A stretch of DNA of 64,000 nucleotides. Origin: an archaeon. GTDB lineage: Archaea > B1Sed10-29 > WALL01 > JAGHAM01. This document shows positions 58,557 to 64,000 of the stretch, one piece after another. Under the pieces are notes generated by a model. The model was given only the letters and a program-made list of their open reading frames with translations, made no database searches and had not been told where the DNA came from. A program made the translations under genes and the position numbers. The stretch lies in the NCBI GenBank assembly GCA_021107635.1, contig JAIOSL010000043.1:9873-73872 (forward strand), written 5' to 3'. Each line of letters begins with the position of its first letter. Position 1 is the first letter of the stretch.

Positions 58557-58692
58557 ATTGGCGAAAGGTACCGGGGGGTCACGCCAACAGTCTAGTATAC
58601 TAAGCCCAGCAAAGATAGTACCTTCTTAAGTCGCTAATGCGGCACTCCCAAATCCCCCTAGGACCACCTCTCACGCCGGTGGAGGTGAATAA
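58557..58692 (+). ncRNA. Putative structured RNA / leader
   Basis: Stems 58557-58571 with 58618-58638, and 58665-58674 with 58679-58687. GC-richer than its flanks. Confidence 0.45.
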
Positions 58693-58839
58693 ATGGGAGA
58701 AAGTCTTGAAAGCCTGTTTGAAAGAATGAACGACAAAGAAAAAGATCAGAGGATAGAAAGAATGTATTCCAGAGAACATAGGAAACGAGAAAGTGACAGA
58801 CACTTTCTTTTGTTTTCATTTGGAAAACGAAGCGAATGA
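58693..58839 (+). CDS. Small charged protein (48 aa)
   Basis: GGAGGTGA SD, MGESLESLFERMNDKEKDQRIERMYSREHRKRESDRHFLLFSFGKRSE. Not in the ORF track. Confidence 0.6.
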   Translation: MGESLESLFERMNDKEKDQRIERMYSREHRKRESDRHFLLFSFGKRSE

Positions 58840-58844
58840 TAACC

Positions 58845-58879
58845 TAGGGGATTCCGGGAAAAGATGCTCGGAATCCCTA
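58845..58879 (+). terminator. Strong 3' hairpin
   Basis: taggggattccggg / ctcggaatcccta. Confidence 0.55.
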
Positions 58880-59023
58880 CTAAAACCTGTTTCTGAATAG
58901 AGTTGCTCATGTTTTACAAAAACGTTTTTAATATTTCGAAAGAACACATACGAAATATAGATTAGAATGAAGCTAGAAAAGGGAAAACAATAAAAAAGGT
59001 ATAGGTTAGAATATATCCCTCAA

Positions 59024-59098
59024 GGGCCTATAGCTCAGTCTGGCTAGAGCACTAGGCTTTTAACCTAGGAGTCATGGGTTCGAATCCCGTTAGGCCCT
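59024..59098 (+). tRNA. tRNA-Lys(TTT), no intron
   Basis: GGGCCTA/TAGGCCC, CTAGG-CTTTTAA-CCTAG, TTCGAAT loop. Confidence 0.95.
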
Positions 59099-59145
59099 TT
59101 ATTTATTGAAAACTATTTAATCAACAAGAAACAGAAGTTCTAACT

Positions 59146-60699
59146 ATGCACTGGTCTGACTCATACGCAAAGAAAATTGTTGAGAAAAAACCCGACAAGA
59201 AAGAATACATAGTAGAATCAGGAATCACTCCAAGCGGAGTAGTCCACGCAGGCAACTTCAGAGAAGTAATGACCCAAGAATTCGTCTATAAAGCCTTGCT
59301 CAAACTTGGTGTCAAAGCAAAGTATCAGTATGTATGGGATGATTATGACCGTCTGCGCAAAATACCTGCTAACGTCCCAGAAAACTGGAAAAAAGAAGGC
59401 GAGCAGTATATAGGAATGCCAGTCAGCGAAGTTCCAGATCCATGGGGCACAGACGAAAGCTATTCTAAACATTTTGCTAACAAGCTCATCGAAGAGAGTG
59501 AAAAGTGTGGAGTGCATGCTGATTATGTCTGGATGAGCGAAGAATACAAAAAATGCACGTTTTCTGAAAATATGCGCGTTGCGTTAGAGAAAAAAGAACA
59601 GATAAGAGAGCTACTTAATCAGTTCAGAAGAGAACCGCATCCAAAAGAGTGGATGCCTGTTCGAGTTTACTGTGAGACATGTCACAAGGATACTACTAAA
59701 GTAGAGTACGCAAGTGAGTATAAGCTGCATTATCAGTGTGAGTGTGGTGCAAGCGGAGAGTTTGATTTCAGAAAGAAGGGATTTGCAAAGCTAAAGTGGC
59801 GTATTTGTTGGCCTAGTCGATGGGCTTTTTATGACGTTGATTTTGAGAGCTCAGGCAAAGACCACAAAGCTTCAGGAGGAAGCTGGGACACAGGGGAACG
59901 CATTTGCCAGCACGTGTTTGAGCATGCTCCACCGATTGGACCAATGTATGAATTCATTTATGCTAAAGGTCAAAAAGAAAAAATGAGCTCTTCTAAAGGT
60001 AATGTGTTCACTGTTAGCGACTTGCTTGAGGTGTACGAACCAGAGATGGTACGTTATATTTACACTCCGAAAATCAACAGAGCTATTGAAGTTCCGTTCG
60101 ATGAAGGCATTTTTAATTATTATGAATCTTATGATTTGGCTGAGCGTGTTTTTTTCGGAAAAGAAGAAGTTTCAAATGACCGGGAAAAAGAAAATTTTGT
60201 TACTTCTTATGAACTAAGCCAGAATGAAAAACCAAAGCAAACACTACAACCTCAATTTAGTTTCCTTGCGGATGTTGCACAAATAGCACCAAACTTAGAT
60301 AAAGCTATTGCCGTGCTCCAACGCACTGGACACGCACCTGAAAAGCTGTCTGAAACAGATAAAGCAAGAATAGTGTTGAGGTTAGAACTTGCTGGAAACT
60401 GGGCTAAAAAATATGCTCCTGAAAATAGAAAATTAATTATTGTTGAAGATGTTCCTGAACTTTCAGAAGCACAGAAAAAGGCTTTGGCTAAACTGCCTGA
60501 AGCCATAAAAAAATCTACTAACCCTGAAGAGCTTGGAGCTGAAATAAAAACAATAATCGGCGAAAGCGGATTGAACCCTAAAGACTTTTTCCAAGGAGCA
60601 TACATGACATTGCTTGGAAAAGACAGAGGACCTAGACTTGCTCCGTTCTTGTTGACTTTAGATGAACAAGTAGTAGAAAAGAAATTTTCTAAACTATAA
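59146..60699 (+). CDS. lysS: Class I lysine--tRNA ligase
   Basis: MHWSD, SGITPSGVVHAGNFRE, KLKWR, GKDH, KMSSSKGN, RGPRL. Confidence 0.96.
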   Translation: MHWSDSYAKKIVEKKPDKKEYIVESGITPSGVVHAGNFREVMTQEFVYKALLKLGVKAKYQYVWDDYDRLRKIPANVPENWKKEGEQYIGMPVSEVPDPWGTDESYSKHFANKLIEESEKCGVHADYVWMSEEYKKCTFSENMRVALEKKEQIRELLNQFRREPHPKEWMPVRVYCETCHKDTTKVEYASEYKLHYQCECGASGEFDFRKKGFAKLKWRICWPSRWAFYDVDFESSGKDHKASGGSWDTGERICQHVFEHAPPIGPMYEFIYAKGQKEKMSSSKGNVFTVSDLLEVYEPEMVRYIYTPKINRAIEVPFDEGIFNYYESYDLAERVFFGKEEVSNDREKENFVTSYELSQNEKPKQTLQPQFSFLADVAQIAPNLDKAIAVLQRTGHAPEKLSETDKARIVLRLELAGNWAKKYAPENRKLIIVEDVPELSEAQKKALAKLPEAIKKSTNPEELGAEIKTIIGESGLNPKDFFQGAYMTLLGKDRGPRLAPFLLTLDEQVVEKKFSKL

Positions 60700-60718
60700 A
60701 CTTACCCGGCAGAAAGTT

Positions 60719-61687
60719 TTAATCTCCCATTGATACTGTTGTTTTTAATCCGTTATCAGCCATCCATTCATCTCCGATATAATGCGCGCAGATGTATGTT
60801 CTAAGCGAGTTGTCACTAACTTCGATTGCATACTCTGGATTTTCAGCTACTGTCCAATCCCAAGTCAATAAATGATCAAAATGGTTTCCGTTACCTTCTA
60901 TGTTTTTGAGTCCCCAGCGAGAATACGTTGAAGTCTGACCTTTTAGGTGGTTGAAGACGTTGTGGTTGAAACAGTTGTATGGCTTTGATTCTGTTGCATC
61001 GAATTCAACCATTGTTTCAAAGCGGTCTATGTAAATGTTTTCAAAATAATTTCCGCTTATGTATGTGCCTTCATTTGTCATATGAAAACGAATTCCAGTT
61101 CCGACACCCCACATCACAATGTCTTTGAAACTGTTTTCAAGTATTCTTGAATCCGAAAAGCTTTCCAATGCAATTCCAGTCCAATCATGGTCTACAGCGT
61201 AAGGGCTGGGATTCCTGATGTAAATGTTTTCAAAGTGGTTGAAATCGCATCTGTCTGCCCACCTGTCACCTTCTGCTTCTGGAGTGTAAAGCTTGATTAC
61301 GGTTCCAGTATAAGGTACAGAACCAAACGTTACTTTTGCATTTTTTACAGTAGCAAAGCGTGTTGCTGTCAGTTCTATGAATCCAGTATTGCCGTTTAGA
61401 GTTATTTCATTGTTCTGAAAATCAATGATAACACCGTCATGCCCATCAAATTCAATTGGAGAAGAAAGAGTTATATCACTTCCAACCCACACAGTTCCCC
61501 AAGAACCAATATCATCTATAGCTGCTTGAAGGTTCTCTCCTGTCGGTTCCCAATACTTGCCATTGCTGTTTCTGATAAAAGTCTCTTTATTGTCTTGAGT
61601 ATCAGAGAGTGTTCGAGTGACAGACCCGACAAAGTATATGGAGAACAAGAAAAGTATCAATGCCACAAATACTTGAGCCCGTTTCAT
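60719..61687 (-). CDS. Membrane-anchored beta-helix (pectin-lyase/tailspike-like) protein 1
   Basis: Hydrophobic N-terminus, LQAAIDD..GTVWV cap, repeated N.FENI turns. Confidence 0.7.
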   Translation of the reverse strand: MKRAQVFVALILFLFSIYFVGSVTRTLSDTQDNKETFIRNSNGKYWEPTGENLQAAIDDIGSWGTVWVGSDITLSSPIEFDGHDGVIIDFQNNEITLNGNTGFIELTATRFATVKNAKVTFGSVPYTGTVIKLYTPEAEGDRWADRCDFNHFENIYIRNPSPYAVDHDWTGIALESFSDSRILENSFKDIVMWGVGTGIRFHMTNEGTYISGNYFENIYIDRFETMVEFDATESKPYNCFNHNVFNHLKGQTSTYSRWGLKNIEGNGNHFDHLLTWDWTVAENPEYAIEVSDNSLRTYICAHYIGDEWMADNGLKTTVSMGD

Positions 61688-61822
61688 GATTTCACTGGGA
61701 AGACATACAAAGTCAATGTATAAAAGACTAGCTGCTGCAGATGACCGCGTTCACGCTGCCGTTCACGTTCCACTCGCGGCTTGGGCTTCCAGTCAGTTCC
61801 AGGCAGGTGGTCAAAACAGTTG

Positions 61823-62992
61823 CTAGGTAAGCTCGGTTTTTACTTGTGTGCCAGCTCTATCTAAAATCAGATAATGCTCGTTGGTGCTGGTTTTGTGCCA
61901 GAAAGCAAAGCTGTCATCTTCTATATTCGGTTCTGACGTCTGAGAATATATCTTACCTTTGATTTCATTGTCTGTTGAAAGGAATCCTTTGATGTCTAGG
62001 TTGCTTCTGCCAGTGTCGTATGCCGTGTTACTGAAGCCTTCGTCTAAGAGGTCGTCTCCCCCTCCGAAAAACTGTAGGTAGGTGTATTGGGTGTCGGAGG
62101 TGAGGTGGTACGCATTAGCTCCTCCTGCAGCATGCCAGTCCCACAGGAAGATGTTCGAGAACTGGTTGTACCTTCCAATTGCCCTTATGCAGGACTCAGT
62201 CGGCGCGCCGGGTTGGACTTGGAAATTGTTGAATGTGTTGCCGTCGACAGTGGCGTAATTGTATCCTTCGGCTGTGTTCCTATCCAAGTATACGCTGTAT
62301 TTGTCGTAAATGCTCACGAAGTTGGTGAAAATGTTGCCGTTTATGTATGATATCTTGCTGCTGGTTCCACCTGAGCAGTTAAGGAGAAGCCCGTACTCGA
62401 AACCGTGGGTTTCTATGTTGTTGCACAGGGTGAACGCGATTATTTCGCCATTAGAGTCGGCGCGGTAGTGTATTCCTATTCCCTCTTGGTCATACGATAC
62501 AAGCCTCATGTCTTGGACGGTCGCCTGGCTCCAAAAAATAGGCTCGCCGTCGAAGAGTATGGCTGATTTGGTGAAAGGGCTTGGAGCATAGTACATGTGT
62601 ATTCTGCCGTTTCTGAGGTGTGAACCGTATGCCATTGTTACAACATCAACGTCTTCTCTTACCATCAAGACGCTGCCTTGCAGGTTGAGAGTTGAGTAAT
62701 TGGCCATCCTGATGCCGTTATAAATGTTGATGCTTTTTTTCCCTGGCACCCAGACGATGCCACCCTGATAACCTTCTCCTGTCTTAGGCTTGTCGATGTC
62801 GTCTAAAGCTGCTTGGATTCCTGCTTCTGTTGCTTCGAAGTAATTCCCGTTGCTGTTCCTCACATAGGTTTCCATGTTGTCTTGAGTGTCGCTAATTGTG
62901 CGAGTAACAGAGCCAACAAAATAGAGTGCTACTACCACCAAGGCCAATAGGGTCATGCCAGCTAAAATCCTTCCTGAAAATATTTTAGTCAT
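61823..62992 (-). CDS. Membrane-anchored beta-helix protein 2
   Basis: Shares FVGSVTRT.SDTQDN.ET..RNSNG.Y.E.T...QAA.DDI with protein 1. GNIFTN/GNTFNN turns. Confidence 0.7.
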   Translation of the reverse strand: MTKIFSGRILAGMTLLALVVVALYFVGSVTRTISDTQDNMETYVRNSNGNYFEATEAGIQAALDDIDKPKTGEGYQGGIVWVPGKKSINIYNGIRMANYSTLNLQGSVLMVREDVDVVTMAYGSHLRNGRIHMYYAPSPFTKSAILFDGEPIFWSQATVQDMRLVSYDQEGIGIHYRADSNGEIIAFTLCNNIETHGFEYGLLLNCSGGTSSKISYINGNIFTNFVSIYDKYSVYLDRNTAEGYNYATVDGNTFNNFQVQPGAPTESCIRAIGRYNQFSNIFLWDWHAAGGANAYHLTSDTQYTYLQFFGGGDDLLDEGFSNTAYDTGRSNLDIKGFLSTDNEIKGKIYSQTSEPNIEDDSFAFWHKTSTNEHYLILDRAGTQVKTELT

Positions 62993-63001
62993 ATTTATTC
63001 C

Positions 63002-64000
63002 TCACGTCAGTTCAACTATTCTTCTGTCTCCTTTCCAGAAGAAACAGAGATATGTCCTGTCATTGTCAGTATCAACCCAAAGCATGGTAGTGTTATCGGG
63101 CATGCCGCTTGGAGGATAACTTTCAGTAAAAATTTGTGGATAGTTAGCTCCACCCATTTCCCATGTGGTTCCTAGTCCTTCATCAAGTACATCATCACGA
63201 CCCCATTTAGCAGAAGCGTGTGTGTCAATTCTAGTGTACCATGAATTTGCGCCTATTCTCCATTGGTATTGGGGTTTATCAGCAATATACCAGTCCCAGA
63301 CGAGACAATGGTCGAAATGGTTTCCATTACCGCTGAATACTCCAACACCATAAAGATCATCATCTTGATATCCAGCAGCAGGATTAAAACCTCCTCCAAT
63401 AGTCTGGAGTTTCACATTATCAAAAACATTAGCACCGAACGCATCATCGTCAACACTTTCAAACCAAACACCCTTAACAAAACCGCTTATGAAAATATCC
63501 TCAAAAACATTACCATTCGCATACGCGCCATTATGATTACATTCAAGAAGAATACCATCTCCAGCTCCCCACATGAAAATGTTGCGGAAAGTGTTCATGG
63601 AAATATCTCCGTCTCCGTCCATAAGAATATGAATGCCAATCCATTCATGGCTACTTCTGTCCATGGGCTGCCCGTAAATTTTGATGTTTTCGATAAGATT
63701 GTAACGAGAGCGAACATCCCAACTGCCTCCTGAATTGAGGTATAGAGTAATAATACCTTCAGTGTGAGAAGCGGAGGTATAAACGATTGCATTTCTGACA
63801 ATTGCATGTTGAACGCGATCTTCAAATCTAACAAATTCAATGTCGTTGTTTAGCGTAACTTCATTATTCAGAAAGTCTAGTTGAACATTATCTTTCATGT
63901 TAATAGTAGATGTAAGAGTTATATCTGATCCAACCCAAACAGTTCCGCCTCCTGAGCTAGCAACATCGTCTATAGCTGCCTGAATGTTTGCTCCGGTTGG
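63002..64000 (-). CDS. Beta-helix protein 3 (start lies beyond the window)
   Basis: The frame stays open past 63898: PTGANIQAAIDDVASSGGGTVWVGSDITL. GNGNHFDH.L.WDW is shared with protein 1. Confidence 0.7.
   Translation of the reverse strand, partial: PTGANIQAAIDDVASSGGGTVWVGSDITLTSTINMKDNVQLDFLNNEVTLNNDIEFVRFEDRVQHAIVRNAIVYTSASHTEGIITLYLNSGGSWDVRSRYNLIENIKIYGQPMDRSSHEWIGIHILMDGDGDISMNTFRNIFMWGAGDGILLECNHNGAYANGNVFEDIFISGFVKGVWFESVDDDAFGANVFDNVKLQTIGGGFNPAAGYQDDDLYGVGVFSGNGNHFDHCLVWDWYIADKPQYQWRIGANSWYTRIDTHASAKWGRDDVLDEGLGTTWEMGGANYPQIFTESYPPSGMPDNTTMLWVDTDNDRTYLCFFWKGDRRIVELT

Noticed and set aside
58560..58640. Resemblance to c-di-AMP (ydaO) riboswitch or pistol/twister ribozyme fragments
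   Set aside because: Only short words match (cgaaaggtac, taagccc). The other conserved elements could not be placed.

Overview
Low-GC archaeal chromosomal window, most consistent with a metabolically richer DPANN-type lineage (inference from gene content). Archaeal markers include class I LysRS, TFE, EF-1beta, Taw1, archaeal CCA-adding enzyme, geranylgeranyl reductase and BHB tRNA introns. It is mostly housekeeping: tRNA and translation genes, thyX/dCMP deaminase, a pyrD-K-C-E-F operon, Rad50, an ABC exporter operon and PhoU. The notable features are: six tRNA genes, four carrying five BHB-type introns (four at non-canonical sites, two of them in one tRNA-Arg); a tandemly duplicated two-gene vWA surface-protein cassette with patches of exact identity; an inositol-phospholipid cluster with an ATP-grasp enzyme; a 9-repeat Cys-rich lipoprotein inside the pyr operon; a histone-H1-like lysine-repeat protein; several apparent pseudoenzymes; two structured RNA leaders in front of ~50-aa ORFs; and an array of membrane-anchored beta-helix (tailspike-like) paralogs at the right end. 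No rRNA, CRISPR array, integrase, transposase or reverse transcriptase was seen. All family calls come from motif recognition by eye, not from searches.
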